Positions 9,294-20,136 are shown, counted from the first letter of the stretch. The stretch: DNA of 64,000 nt from a virus (IMGVR_UViG_3300042396_000691:45716-109715), one strand, 5' to 3'. The notes: generated by a model from the sequence alone, not told the origin. Numbers and translations: made by a program.

Positions 9294-10296
9294 TTCTGTA
9301 TCATCATACTCTTGGTGTCAGCACAAGTATTGGTTAACCTACAATCTTGGGTTTAAGGATGATTCCAATAAAAAGGCAGAAAAAGGCAATGTTGTACATA
9401 AGGGTTTAGAATTGTTGGCAAATAAAAAGCTTTGCCTACAAAATGGAACAATTTCGTTCTCTGATTCTGAATTGGGTATGGAATTTATAACATCAGAAAT
9501 GTCACCAGAAACAGCAATATTGGCTGGTTTTAATCATTATAAAAACAAAAGCACACATGAGTGGACAGATGTTGATTTTAAAGAATGTACTAAGTGGTTG
9601 TGGGATGTTCTATTATTTAATAATGGCATGTTTTCACCACTAACTAGAAATATTGTCATGCCAGAACAGTATTTTGACATTGAAATTGATAAGCCTTGGG
9701 CAAATTATGATTATTTTCTTCCAGATGGGCAAATAATTTCTGGAAAGTTACGAATAAAAGGAACTATGGACTTAATAACAAGAGTTGATTCAAAAACGGT
9801 AGAATATGTTGATTGGAAAACAGGGGAAAGAAAAAATTGGTCAACAGGAAAAGAAAAGGGTTATGATGATTTGTACAATGATTTTCAGCTTAGATTATAC
9901 CATTATGCTTTAAATGAGTTGTACCCAAATGAAAACATGATAATTATGACAATATTTTTTGTTAAAGCTGGTGGACCATTTTCTTTGTGTTTTCAAAAAG
10001 ACGACATAAAAACAACTGAAGAAATGATTAAAAAAGAATTTGAAAAAATTAAGAATTGCAATAGACCATCAAGGATAATAGACTATGGAAAAGATAAGTG
10101 GAAATGCATTAGACTTTGCAGCTTCTACAAAGATAAACATAAGGATTCTGAAAATGAATCGATATGTGATTATATGCATCAAGAATTAATACAACTTGGT
10201 ATTAATAATGCGTATGTTAAACACGCCAAAAAAGATACCGTAAAATCTTATGGCGATGGTGGTGGTCAATCTAATAGGGAGAATCAAAATGGCTGA
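9268..10296 (+). CDS. Cas4/RecB/AddB-like PD-(D/E)XK exonuclease with probable Fe-S cluster
   Basis: N-terminal CQHKY; GNVVH; GTMDLI; VDWKTG; QLRLYH; C-terminal CIRLC...C. Confidence 0.8.
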   Translation: MIITYLRSSSVSSYSWCQHKYWLTYNLGFKDDSNKKAEKGNVVHKGLELLANKKLCLQNGTISFSDSELGMEFITSEMSPETAILAGFNHYKNKSTHEWTDVDFKECTKWLWDVLLFNNGMFSPLTRNIVMPEQYFDIEIDKPWANYDYFLPDGQIISGKLRIKGTMDLITRVDSKTVEYVDWKTGERKNWSTGKEKGYDDLYNDFQLRLYHYALNELYPNENMIIMTIFFVKAGGPFSLCFQKDDIKTTEEMIKKEFEKIKNCNRPSRIIDYGKDKWKCIRLCSFYKDKHKDSENESICDYMHQELIQLGINNAYVKHAKKDTVKSYGDGGGQSNRENQNG

Positions 10297-10987
10297 TTGG
10301 AGATGGGAAGACATTGTTTTTACTAACAAAAAAGAAGAAGTTGGAACAACACCAACTCCTGCACTAGAAATTGTTAAATATGAACCTAAATACAATGGTG
10401 AAAAGGTTCTTGTTTTTAAAAATGAATTATTGAAAAATGATTCGTTTCAAGGATTCATTACTGGAGTTGAAGCAAAAAATTTACGAGATAAAATTCTTTC
10501 GACAGATAATATGTTTTATATTGATCGTGATATTGCAGAAAACGACAAATCTTATAAACAGGTTATACCATACTGTTTGATCAATCGTGGAGATTCAACA
10601 TTTTGTTATCAAAGATCTAAAAAAGGATCTGAAAATAGATTGCATGATTTATGGTCATTGGGTATTGGTGGACATGTTAATCCATGTGATGGATTAAATG
10701 GTGAAACTATCACTAATGCATGTAAAAGAGAAATTGAAGAAGAAGTTGAGTTTTCCAATTTGAGAAATGCACACTTTATTGGATTGATAAACGATGACTC
10801 AAATGATGTAAGCTCTGTTCATTTTGGGGTTGTTTATAGTGTCAATCTTCAAGATCATTCAACTTTTAAAGTTAAAGAAGAAGCATTAGCAGAAGGTTCT
10901 TTTGTTAAAAAAGAAATCGTTAAAGTTGAAGAAAAGAACTGGGAAAATTGGTCTAGTTTAATTGTAAAAGAATATTTAAGAAAGTAA
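10289..10987 (+). CDS. NUDIX-family phosphoesterase (MutT-like)
   Basis: AENDKSYKQVIPY; ENRLHDLWSLGIGGHVN; REIEEE; VHFG. Confidence 0.82.
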   Translation: MADWRWEDIVFTNKKEEVGTTPTPALEIVKYEPKYNGEKVLVFKNELLKNDSFQGFITGVEAKNLRDKILSTDNMFYIDRDIAENDKSYKQVIPYCLINRGDSTFCYQRSKKGSENRLHDLWSLGIGGHVNPCDGLNGETITNACKREIEEEVEFSNLRNAHFIGLINDDSNDVSSVHFGVVYSVNLQDHSTFKVKEEALAEGSFVKKEIVKVEEKNWENWSSLIVKEYLRK

Positions 10988-11005
10988 TTTTTTTAGGAAC
11001 AGCAC

Positions 11006-12919
11006 ATGAATAATTGGACAGCACTACATTGTCATTCTCATTACAGTCTTTTAGATGGTTTAACAAAGCCAGAATCTATGGCAAAAAGAGCCAAAAGCCT
11101 TGGACACAAGTCTATAGCTCTTACTGATCATGGAACTATTTCTGGCTCTATTTCTTTTAATAAGGCATGTGTTGCAGAAGAAATAAAACCAATAATAGGA
11201 TGCGAGTTTTACATATGTAATCAAAGTGCTTTAATTCATGATAAAACTAATTCTAAAAATTCTCATTTGTGCGTTCTTGCTAAAAATATTTCTGGCTGGT
11301 CTGAGCTTATAAAGCTATCATCTTTATCAAATAATAAAGATTATTTTTATTATAAGCCTAGACTAAGCTTGGAAGATTTTGCACCATACTCAAAAAACCT
11401 AATAGCATTCTCTGGACACCCAGGAACCCAATTGGCTAGATGCATTTTTCCAGATGAAGCATATAAATGTTCTAGTCCAGAAGAAGCAAGAGCTTTAATT
11501 AAAGATGATTGGTTTGAAGAGTCTAAAAAGCTATGTTCTAAACACCAAGATATTTTTGGCAAGGAAAACTTTTTTATTGAAATACAGCTTTTCGATAAAG
11601 ACAACCTACACTGTTCTGTAGTCCTTGCTGAATGTCTTAGGAAACTATCCAAGGAAACTGGTATTAAGGCAATAGCTACTCCTGATGCTCATTACGCTAA
11701 ACAAGAGGATGCTTCTGATCAAAGAATAATATTATGTGCATCTATGGAAACAACTCTTTCTAAAGTAAGATCGTCTTTAGACAAACATGAAGATTTTGGA
11801 TTGTCTAGCTTTTTTAAATCAAACAGGTATTACATTCCATCTACTGAAGAAATTTTAGCTCTTCATGAACCAGAAGAGTTAAAAAATTGTTTGTTGATTG
11901 AAGAGATGTGCGAAAATTATTCTTTAACAAAAAAATCTGTTTTGCCAAGTTTTGAGTGTCCAGAAAGTAAAAATGAACATGATTACTTAAGAGAACTTTG
12001 TAGAAATGGGTGGAAAGAAAAGTTTTCAGATTTAGAAAAAGATTCATCAAAGTTTGAAAGCTATGTTGGAAGAATTAAAAATGAGCTTTCTGTTATAGGC
12101 GATGCTGGCCTTGAAGGTTATTTTTTAATTGTTCAAGACTATTGCAATTGGGCTAGAAAACAAGGGTGGTTAACAGGAAGAGGTCGTGGATCAGGTGCTG
12201 GTTGTATGATTTCTTATTTGCTTGGAATAACTCAAGTAGATCCAATCGAGCATAATTTAGTTTTTGAGCGTTTTTACAATGCTGGAAGAAATGTTCCAGG
12301 TCATGTAAGTCTTCCAGATATAGATTGTGATTTTCCAATCACCAAAAGAGACAAGGTTATTGACTATATTAAATCAAAGTATAACGAAGAAAATGTTTCG
12401 CAAATGATAACATACAGTAGGATGCAGGGCAGGGGTGCTTTAAAAGATGTTTTAAGGGCACATGGTTTCTCTTTTGATGAAAGTAATGCTATTACAAAAA
12501 ACATACCTGATGAAGCTGAAATATCTGAACAGCTTCAAGAAATGAAGGAAGATGGTGGAGAATCATCAATCATTGGTTGGGCATTAGAAAATATCCCTTC
12601 AAAGCTTAAAGATTATTGTCAGATAGACGAACAGGGCAATATAACAGGAAAGCTATCAAAAGAGTTTGCACAAGCAATTAGGCTTGAGGGAACAAAGCGT
12701 AGCCAAGGAAAACATGCTGCTGGAATTGTCATAAGTCATACACCTTTAAAAGATATATGCCCTATGATTTACGATAAAAAGAATAAGCAAATGATTGCTG
12801 GTCTTGAAATGTCAGATCTTGAATCAATTGGTTTAGTTAAGTTTGATATTTTAGGGGTTGCAGTTTTAGATAAAATAATGGGGTGCATAAATTTATTGAA
12901 AGGAAAAGAAAATGAGTGA
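11006..12919 (+). CDS. dnaE: DNA polymerase III alpha, N-terminal half (PHP, palm, thumb)
   Basis: LHCHSHYSLLDG; ALTDHG; DAHY; GRGSGAG; catalytic PDIDCDF; HAAG; KFDILG, then stop. Confidence 0.93.
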   Translation: MNNWTALHCHSHYSLLDGLTKPESMAKRAKSLGHKSIALTDHGTISGSISFNKACVAEEIKPIIGCEFYICNQSALIHDKTNSKNSHLCVLAKNISGWSELIKLSSLSNNKDYFYYKPRLSLEDFAPYSKNLIAFSGHPGTQLARCIFPDEAYKCSSPEEARALIKDDWFEESKKLCSKHQDIFGKENFFIEIQLFDKDNLHCSVVLAECLRKLSKETGIKAIATPDAHYAKQEDASDQRIILCASMETTLSKVRSSLDKHEDFGLSSFFKSNRYYIPSTEEILALHEPEELKNCLLIEEMCENYSLTKKSVLPSFECPESKNEHDYLRELCRNGWKEKFSDLEKDSSKFESYVGRIKNELSVIGDAGLEGYFLIVQDYCNWARKQGWLTGRGRGSGAGCMISYLLGITQVDPIEHNLVFERFYNAGRNVPGHVSLPDIDCDFPITKRDKVIDYIKSKYNEENVSQMITYSRMQGRGALKDVLRAHGFSFDESNAITKNIPDEAEISEQLQEMKEDGGESSIIGWALENIPSKLKDYCQIDEQGNITGKLSKEFAQAIRLEGTKRSQGKHAAGIVISHTPLKDICPMIYDKKNKQMIAGLEMSDLESIGLVKFDILGVAVLDKIMGCINLLKGKENE

Positions 12920-13181
12920 AAAAGAAGAAATTGAATTAATAGCAAAACTGGTATCTCAACAAATGGGATTAGTTCAAGCTCTCTCAGAATGTCAAAATTC
13001 AAAAAGTCAACTTTCTTTACAATTTATAAAAATACTTAAAGCCATTGTATTAAAAAACAATGGTGATTTTGTTATAGAAAAAGAATTTTTTGATTCTGCT
13101 GATGACAATGACTTTAAATTAGATATTACAACTGATGAAGAAGAATCGATTATTTTACAATTTACAGAGAATGAGGAATAA
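12912..13181 (+). CDS. Acidic hypothetical protein
   Basis: 89-aa ORF between dnaE-N and the exonuclease. Confidence 0.55.
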   Translation: MSEKEEIELIAKLVSQQMGLVQALSECQNSKSQLSLQFIKILKAIVLKNNGDFVIEKEFFDSADDNDFKLDITTDEEESIILQFTENEE

Positions 13182-13820
13182 ATGTATAGCAATACAATTA
13201 TGGTTTTTGATTTTGAAACTGGATCTTTAGATATAAATAAGTGCGAAGTTATTCAAGTTGCAGCTATGGCAATAAACAGAAAAACCCTTGAACCAATCAA
13301 AGATGGTATTTTTGAAACATTGATAAAGCCAAGAGATTTTAACAATCTTCAAGATGAAGCTCTTGCAATAAATAAAAAGACGAGAGAAGAATTGAAGCTT
13401 GCACCAAGCATTGATGCTGTTTGGAAAAAGCTTGCAGATTTTATTTCTATGTTTAATAACGGCAAAGGAAATATCTCTGCACCAATTCCAGCAGGAAAAA
13501 ACATAAGGCATTTTGATATGCCTATTTTTCAAAGGGTTTGCTCAGAGCTTGGCTATGTAGATAAGAATGGAAATCAAAATTTGTTAAATAGAAGGAACAT
13601 GTATGACCTTGATGAAATAATGATGTTGTGGTTTGATAACACTACAGTAGTTCCAAATTACAAGATGGATACACTTAGAGACTTTTTTGGATTATCTAAG
13701 GCTAATGCTCATGATGCTTTAACCGATGTTTTGCAGACTTCTGATATTATTTTGCACTTTTTAAAGTTGCACAGAAGCATTTTTCCAAAGATTAAATTTA
13801 AAGATGCATTTAGAAAGTAA
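13182..13820 (+). CDS. DEDDh 3'-5' exonuclease (DnaQ/epsilon-like)
   Basis: ExoI VFDFETG; ExoII GKNIRHFD; ExoIII AHDALTD. Confidence 0.88.
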   Translation: MYSNTIMVFDFETGSLDINKCEVIQVAAMAINRKTLEPIKDGIFETLIKPRDFNNLQDEALAINKKTREELKLAPSIDAVWKKLADFISMFNNGKGNISAPIPAGKNIRHFDMPIFQRVCSELGYVDKNGNQNLLNRRNMYDLDEIMMLWFDNTTVVPNYKMDTLRDFFGLSKANAHDALTDVLQTSDIILHFLKLHRSIFPKIKFKDAFRK

Positions 13821-13822
13821 TT

Positions 13823-15445
13823 ATGAAATATTATAAGTTTGAATGTGGTTGTTCTTGGCCAATAATTGAAGAATCTAAGATAGAAGGTGCTTTACCCTTA
13901 ATGGAAGTTGATCCATTAAAATTGCCATATTGTCAGTCAACTTGGGATTTATTTGCCAGAGGCGATACAAAAGGCGTATTCCAGCTTGAGTCAGATCTTG
14001 GTAAACAATGGAGTAAACGACTAAGGCCAAAGAACGCAGAACATTTGTCTGCTATTGGTGCATTGATTAGGCCAGGAACACTTCGTGCATTAGATGAAAA
14101 CGGCATTAGTATGACCGCCCACTATTGCAAAAGAGCCAACTTTGAAGAACCAGTTGAGTCATATCATCCTGTTGTTGATGAAATTTTAAAATCAACATAT
14201 GGATCATTGGTGTTTCAAGAACAGGCTATGGAGTTATCTAAGTCTGTCGCTGGCTTTACTCTGCAAGAAGCTGATAAGCTAAGAAAGGCTATGGGTAAAA
14301 AGCTTGCTAGTGAAATGGCAAAATGTAAAAAATTGTTTATTGAGGGTGCTAAAAAAGTTGAAGTTGTAAGCGAAAAACAGGCTGAAGAAATATTTAGTTG
14401 GATTGAACAAAGTCAAAGATACTCATTTAATAAAAGCCACAGTTGTTGTTATGGTTTAACTGGATACGATACTGCTTACTTAAAAAGTCATTTTCCAGTT
14501 CAGTTTTATTGCAGTTGGTTGTATTACGCAAAGGATAAGCTCGATTCTCAACTTGAGATAATGGATCTTGTTGAAGATGCAAGAAAGTTTAACATAGATG
14601 TTTTAGCACCAGATGCTTTTAAACTAAATAAAAATTTTGCAACCGATGGTTTAAATATATGGTTTGGTATCACTGATATTAAAGGCATTGGTGAATCACA
14701 ATTCAATAAACTTAAAGCATCTATGGAAAAAAACAAAGATAAGTTAAATACTTGGGAAAATTTTGTAGTATTTTGTTCTGATGAAATACCAAGTTCTACT
14801 ATAATAAAACTAATATCTGTTGGTGGATTTAAAAGATATAATTCGTGTAGACAAAAACTTTTAGCGGAATATAATTCTTGGGTACAGTTAACAGATAAAG
14901 AAAGAGAATGGATTAAAATTAATTTTACAGAATCTACTATGGCTGAATTAATATCTTCAGCAGCAAAACCAAAAAAGGAAAATGGTGGTTGCTCTAATCA
15001 AAATAGGGTTTTATTTTTAAAGGATTTGGCCAATTTGCTTATTAATCCACCATCTCCACACATTGATCTTCCTCAATGGCTAATTTGGGCAGAAAAAGAT
15101 GCTTTAGGCATTTCTTTAACTTGTAATGCAATTGATTCATGCGATACTGCACAAGCCAATACCACATGTAAAGAATTTTTAAATGGAAAAACTGGTTTTA
15201 TGATTTTTGGAGTGGAAATACGAAGATGCAAAGAAGTTATAACAAAAGCTGGCAAATCTCCAGGATCTAAAATGGCTTTTATGTCTATATCAGATTCAAC
15301 TGGAAAAGTGGATGATGTAATATGTTTTCCAGACTCGTACAAAGATAGTTCGTCTTTGTTAAAAGAGGGCAATACTGTTTTAATTCATGGTGAAAAAAGC
15401 AGGGGTAGTGATTCTCTTTTAGTTAAAAAGGTTTTTCAAATTTAG
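13823..15445 (+). CDS. dnaE: DNA polymerase III alpha, C-terminal half (fingers, HhH, OB)
   Basis: GDTKGVFQLES; ALIRPG; TYGSLVFQEQ; ADKLRKAMGKK; YSFNKSHS; IKGIG; MAFMSISDSTG. Confidence 0.92.
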   Translation: MKYYKFECGCSWPIIEESKIEGALPLMEVDPLKLPYCQSTWDLFARGDTKGVFQLESDLGKQWSKRLRPKNAEHLSAIGALIRPGTLRALDENGISMTAHYCKRANFEEPVESYHPVVDEILKSTYGSLVFQEQAMELSKSVAGFTLQEADKLRKAMGKKLASEMAKCKKLFIEGAKKVEVVSEKQAEEIFSWIEQSQRYSFNKSHSCCYGLTGYDTAYLKSHFPVQFYCSWLYYAKDKLDSQLEIMDLVEDARKFNIDVLAPDAFKLNKNFATDGLNIWFGITDIKGIGESQFNKLKASMEKNKDKLNTWENFVVFCSDEIPSSTIIKLISVGGFKRYNSCRQKLLAEYNSWVQLTDKEREWIKINFTESTMAELISSAAKPKKENGGCSNQNRVLFLKDLANLLINPPSPHIDLPQWLIWAEKDALGISLTCNAIDSCDTAQANTTCKEFLNGKTGFMIFGVEIRRCKEVITKAGKSPGSKMAFMSISDSTGKVDDVICFPDSYKDSSSLLKEGNTVLIHGEKSRGSDSLLVKKVFQI

Positions 15446-15453
15446 GAGCAGAA

Positions 15454-15825
15454 ATGAACATTTGTAGTTTTATGGGTCGTTTAACTAGAGAACCAGAATA
15501 TGTACAATTACAAAATGGAAAAAATGTAATAAATTTTTCTATGGCTGTTAGAAACCCAAATACTGGCAATAAAGATAAAGCAGACACAACATTTATTGAT
15601 TGTGTAGCTTGGGAAGGAACCGCTGATTTAATAAACAAGTATTTTAAAAAAGGTTCTAGGATATTAGTCCATACATCTGCAAAAACAGATAATTGGATTG
15701 ATAAAGACACCGGAAAGAATAGGTATAAAATTAAATTTCTTGTACAAAAATTTTGGTATGTAGATCAAAAACAGGAAGATGCGTATTCAAACATTGAAAA
15801 TGTTGACGAAGAAGAAGTAATCTAA
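15454..15825 (+). CDS. ssb: Single-stranded DNA-binding protein
   Basis: GRLTREPE; FIDCVAW; KKGSRI; acidic tail. Confidence 0.92.
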   Translation: MNICSFMGRLTREPEYVQLQNGKNVINFSMAVRNPNTGNKDKADTTFIDCVAWEGTADLINKYFKKGSRILVHTSAKTDNWIDKDTGKNRYKIKFLVQKFWYVDQKQEDAYSNIENVDEEEVI

Positions 15826-15826
15826 T

Positions 15827-17326
15827 ATGCAAAAAAGAAAAGTCCTTCTTGTTAGTGAAGCCTCTTATCTTAATTCTGGATATTCCAATTATGGTTTCCA
15901 GATAATGAAGAGGCTTTATGACACTAAGGACTTTGATCTTGCTGAAATAAGTTGTCATGGAAGCGACAGTAGATCAGATGAAATACCTTGGAAAAGTTAT
16001 GTTGTTCCAAAAAAGTCAAACATCTTTGGCGAAGATATATTAAATGATGTTTTAATAGATTTTAAACCAGATATAGTTTGGTCATTTAGAGATCCTTGGG
16101 TAGATGAATTTATTGGCGATTCTGTATTAAGAAACAACTTTAAATGGGTCTACATGCCAACTGTTGATGCTTTGCCATTAGATGTTGATTGGGTTGATAC
16201 TATAAGCAGAGCAGATCATGTTTTAACATACTCTGATTGGGCAGCAGAAGAACTTGCAAGTCTATATCCTAGTATAAACATTTTAGGTTCAGCATCTCCA
16301 GGATTTGACACCAACTTTAAACCTGTTGAAGATAAAATTAAATTTAAGAAACAACATGGAATAAATGAAGAATCATTAATTATTGGCTCTGTAATGAGGA
16401 ACCAAAAAAGAAAACTTATTCCAGATCTTCTTGATGCATTTTCTGAGTTTTTAGATAAAGCACCAAAAGAAATTTCTGAAAAATGTTTTTTGTATCTTCA
16501 TACAACTTATCCAGATGTTGGTTGGAATATACCTAGACTTATTGCAGAAAGACCAAAAATATCCAACAAGGTTCTTTTTTCTTATAACTGCAACAACTGT
16601 TTTAAACTTTCAATCTCTTCTTTTTGTGGTGCGATTATACAATGTAATAATTGTAAACAGGTCAATTGTACATTTCCTAGAGTGTCAAAAGGCTCAAAAA
16701 GAGATGATATGGTTATGGTGTATAACCTTATGGATCTATATGTGCAATACTCTTGTGCAGAAGGTTTTGGTATGCCACTAGTTGAAGCAGCATCATGCGG
16801 TGTACCAGTTTGTGCTGTAGACTATAGTGCAATGACTGATATAGTTAAAAAACTAGAAGGTTATCCAATAAAAGTCCAAAGATATACATATGAGGTTGAA
16901 ACAAATAGAAAGTTTGCTTTGCCAGACAATTCTAGTTTTAGTGATATTTGCATCGACTTTTTCAAAAAGCCATATCCTATAAGGAAAGCAATATCTAAAA
17001 AAACAAGAGATTTAGTTGTTAAAAATTATACATACGAAAAAACATTCGACAAAATTAAAAACATTTTCTATTCAATAGAACAAGAAAACAAATGGGATTT
17101 TCCTCCAAAGTTTGTTGAAATGCCAAAAGATTTTAAAGATTGCAACTCTAACAACGAGATCATTGAAAAGATTTTTAAAAAAATTCCAATAAATTTGGGT
17201 CATATTAAACAAAAGTGTTTATTTAAATTAAACAACAGAATGCATGATAAACAAAAGGTTTTAAAAGAACTTTCTTCAATATTTGATTCTTATAACCATT
17301 ATGAGTCTTTAAGGGTAAAAAAATGA
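15827..17326 (+). CDS. GT-B glycosyltransferase (GT4-like) with zinc-finger insertion
   Basis: MRNQKRK; YNLMDLYV; EGFGMPLVEAASCGVP; two CNNC motifs. Confidence 0.85.
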   Translation: MQKRKVLLVSEASYLNSGYSNYGFQIMKRLYDTKDFDLAEISCHGSDSRSDEIPWKSYVVPKKSNIFGEDILNDVLIDFKPDIVWSFRDPWVDEFIGDSVLRNNFKWVYMPTVDALPLDVDWVDTISRADHVLTYSDWAAEELASLYPSINILGSASPGFDTNFKPVEDKIKFKKQHGINEESLIIGSVMRNQKRKLIPDLLDAFSEFLDKAPKEISEKCFLYLHTTYPDVGWNIPRLIAERPKISNKVLFSYNCNNCFKLSISSFCGAIIQCNNCKQVNCTFPRVSKGSKRDDMVMVYNLMDLYVQYSCAEGFGMPLVEAASCGVPVCAVDYSAMTDIVKKLEGYPIKVQRYTYEVETNRKFALPDNSSFSDICIDFFKKPYPIRKAISKKTRDLVVKNYTYEKTFDKIKNIFYSIEQENKWDFPPKFVEMPKDFKDCNSNNEIIEKIFKKIPINLGHIKQKCLFKLNNRMHDKQKVLKELSSIFDSYNHYESLRVKK

Positions 17327-18453
17327 AGGTTCTTTATATAGGCGTTTATCGTGATGGAACAGGTTATGGTCAAGCAGCAGAAGATTATATTCTTTCTTTA
17401 AATTCTGTTGGTGTTGATGTTGTTTGTAGACCTTTAAAACTTAATAATTTAGATTATGTTCCTAATCCAATAGTGGCTAAGCTTGAATCTAAAAGTTCAA
17501 AAAATTGTGACATTGTTATTCAACATATGTTGCCAATTCATATGCAGTACAATGGGGATTTTGACTACAACATTGGTCTTTTTGCTTATGAAACCAGCAA
17601 CTTTAAAATGTCTGGATGGAAAAATTATTTAAACTTAATGGATGCTAATGTTGTAATAAATAAACAAATGATTGATTCTTGTTTGAGCAGTGGAGTAAAT
17701 ACGCCATTACATGTAGTTCCTCACGCTAGAGATTTTTCTAGATACATTGAAAAATATGAAAAACTTGAAACCATAACATCACAAGTTTCAGATTCTGACT
17801 TTATATTTTATACAATAGGTGAAACAACAAAGAGAAAAAACTTTTCTGCATTGTTAAAGGCTTATTTTACAGAGTTTTCTGAATCTGAGCCTGTTTGCCT
17901 ATTGGTTAAAACCAATAATTCAACTTATGAATTTTATGATTATTGTGGAAAAATACTTGATGGCCTTTGTATAAAAAATCCACCAAAAGTTGTTACTATT
18001 ACAGAAAGAATGTCAAACGAAGACATAAATAGACTTCATTATACATGTAATGCTTTTGTGCAACCGTCTTATGGTGAAGCTTGGGGTATACCAGCTTTTG
18101 ATGCAATGGCTTTTGGTAAAACTCCAATTGTCACTAATTGCACTGGATATCTTGAATATATAGATGAATCTGTTGGTTGGTTAGTTAATGGTTTTGAGGA
18201 ACCAGTATTTGCTGCTGATAAACAAACAGATGATATATATACATCTGGTGAAAATTGGTTTTCAGTAGATATACTGGATTTAAAGAGAAAGATGAGAGAG
18301 TGTTACGCAAAGGAAGGAATTAGGAGGTCAAAAGCTGCAAATGCTTTAGATCGTGCTTACGAATTCTCCCATGAAAAAGTGGGTTCAATCTTTCTTGAGG
18401 TATTAAAAAATGTCACAAAAGAAAAGAAAACAGAACTGGTTAGAAGAAGCTAA
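17323..18453 (+). CDS. GT-B glycosyltransferase (GT4-like)
   Basis: TGYGQAA; RKNF; PSYGEAWGIPAFDAMAFGKTPI. Confidence 0.85.
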   Translation: MKVLYIGVYRDGTGYGQAAEDYILSLNSVGVDVVCRPLKLNNLDYVPNPIVAKLESKSSKNCDIVIQHMLPIHMQYNGDFDYNIGLFAYETSNFKMSGWKNYLNLMDANVVINKQMIDSCLSSGVNTPLHVVPHARDFSRYIEKYEKLETITSQVSDSDFIFYTIGETTKRKNFSALLKAYFTEFSESEPVCLLVKTNNSTYEFYDYCGKILDGLCIKNPPKVVTITERMSNEDINRLHYTCNAFVQPSYGEAWGIPAFDAMAFGKTPIVTNCTGYLEYIDESVGWLVNGFEEPVFAADKQTDDIYTSGENWFSVDILDLKRKMRECYAKEGIRRSKAANALDRAYEFSHEKVGSIFLEVLKNVTKEKKTELVRRS

Positions 18454-19156
18454 TAATGTAGAATTAGAAAAAACTATTTCTTGGAGAGATGAAAGGGATA
18501 AGTCTGCTGATGAGCAAAAAGAAAGTGCCAATAGCAATAAATTAAAACCAAAAACAAAAAATCAAGAAACATATATGAATTCAGTATACAGCAAAACAGT
18601 AACTATATGTTCTGGTGTTGCTGGAACAGGAAAAACATATATAGCTTGTGGAATAGCAGCAGAAATGCTTATTGATTTAAAGATAGAAAAAATAATTATT
18701 GCTAGACCTTTAGTTGAATGTGGTCAAAGACTTGGTGCGTTCCCTGGAGATTTAAAAGAAAAAACAGAACCATTTATGACAGCTATGCTTGAAGTATTTG
18801 GTAAGTTTATGACCAAAACAAAAATGCGTAAAATAAAAACCGATGAAGTTTTGGAAATATGCCCATTGGAAATAATGAGGGGAAGAACATTCCATAACTC
18901 TGTAATTATTTTAGATGAAGCACAAAATGCTACTAGAAGACAATTAAAAATGTTTCTTACTAGATTTGGGCAAGAATCAAAGGTTATTATTTGTGGCGAT
19001 CATACTCAAACGGATTTACCGCATTCAGAAGGAAATACAATGAATTGGTTGCTTGATAGGCTTGACCACAATGATATTGGTAAGGTATTCTTGACATCTG
19101 AAGATGTTCAAAGACATGGCCTTATTAAATATATAATAGAACAGCTTGGTGAATAA
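18410..19156 (+). CDS. phoH: PhoH-family ATPase
   Basis: PKTKNQ; GVAGTGKTY; LGAFPG; MRGRTF; IILDEAQN; LTRFG; GDHTQTD. Confidence 0.93.
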   Translation: MSQKKRKQNWLEEANNVELEKTISWRDERDKSADEQKESANSNKLKPKTKNQETYMNSVYSKTVTICSGVAGTGKTYIACGIAAEMLIDLKIEKIIIARPLVECGQRLGAFPGDLKEKTEPFMTAMLEVFGKFMTKTKMRKIKTDEVLEICPLEIMRGRTFHNSVIILDEAQNATRRQLKMFLTRFGQESKVIICGDHTQTDLPHSEGNTMNWLLDRLDHNDIGKVFLTSEDVQRHGLIKYIIEQLGE

Positions 19157-20136
19157 TGCACCATAATGTTGATAACATATTAAGATCTTCGACTAGAAAA
19201 ACTGGTCAAAGACTTAACATTCTAACATTCTCTACCCATGAAAGATATCAGTCTAATATGGCTGATGTTAATGCAAACTTTTGGGTTATCAATAATTCTA
19301 AAATTAAAACTTGGAATTTAAATTTTTCAGATATTCCTAAAAATCATACTATGTTAAATAATGTCTCACTTTTAAGCGATATACCAAAATACATAGATTT
19401 TGATTTAATAATTTCTCAAAGCAAATTTGTGCAATTTAATTTAGCTCTTGAAATAGCAAAGTATTTAAGCATTCCACTTGTTTGCATTGAGCACACTGAA
19501 ATGTTTGAAGATAGAAAAAAATTTAAACATATGATTGGTGACACAAACATATTTATATCTGATTATTCTGCTAAAACATGGGAAGCAGATTATGCATATT
19601 ATGTTATTGATCATGGAATAAACAGTTCTATATTTCACAACAAAAATATAAAAAGAGAAAATAAAGTATTAAGTATTGTAAACGATTGGATAAATAGAGA
19701 TTATGAATGTGGTTTTACACTTTGGAAAGAAGTAACAAAAGATCTTCCAGTTTATGTAGCTGGTGATACGCCCAACTTTTCTAAGCCAGCTAAAAATACA
19801 GAAGAACTTATTGACATCTATAACAGAAACTCTATATTTTTAAATACCTCTATACATAGTCCAGTTCCAACTACCTTGCTTGAAGCTATGTCTTGTGGGT
19901 GTTGTGTTGTTACCACTAAAAACGAAATGATAGAATCATTTATAGAAAATGGCAAAAATGGTTTTATTTCAAATGACAAAGACGAAATTAGAAAAAATTT
20001 AGAAGTTTGTTTAAAAAATCCAGACATGTGTAGAGAAATTGGAAAGAATGCTAGACAAACAATTATTGATAAATTTTCTTTGAGTGTATTTACGCAAAAA
20101 TGGGATTATGTTTTAGGTAGATCTTTAGGTAAATAA
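19156..20136 (+). CDS. GT-B glycosyltransferase (GT4-like)
   Basis: IFLNTS...PTTLLEAMSCGCCVVT; IENGKNGF; GKNARQ. Confidence 0.82.
   Translation: MHHNVDNILRSSTRKTGQRLNILTFSTHERYQSNMADVNANFWVINNSKIKTWNLNFSDIPKNHTMLNNVSLLSDIPKYIDFDLIISQSKFVQFNLALEIAKYLSIPLVCIEHTEMFEDRKKFKHMIGDTNIFISDYSAKTWEADYAYYVIDHGINSSIFHNKNIKRENKVLSIVNDWINRDYECGFTLWKEVTKDLPVYVAGDTPNFSKPAKNTEELIDIYNRNSIFLNTSIHSPVPTTLLEAMSCGCCVVTTKNEMIESFIENGKNGFISNDKDEIRKNLEVCLKNPDMCREIGKNARQTIIDKFSLSVFTQKWDYVLGRSLGK

Noticed and set aside
9268-10296. Cas4 as evidence of a CRISPR-Cas system
   Set aside because: No cas1, cas2 or array; stand-alone Cas4-like exonucleases are common in phage replication modules
12800-13950. Split intein or intron joining the dnaE halves
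   Set aside because: No Cys/Ser-initiated intein N-block after the N-half, no HN-C/S/T block before the C-half, and the gap is filled by two ordinary ORFs
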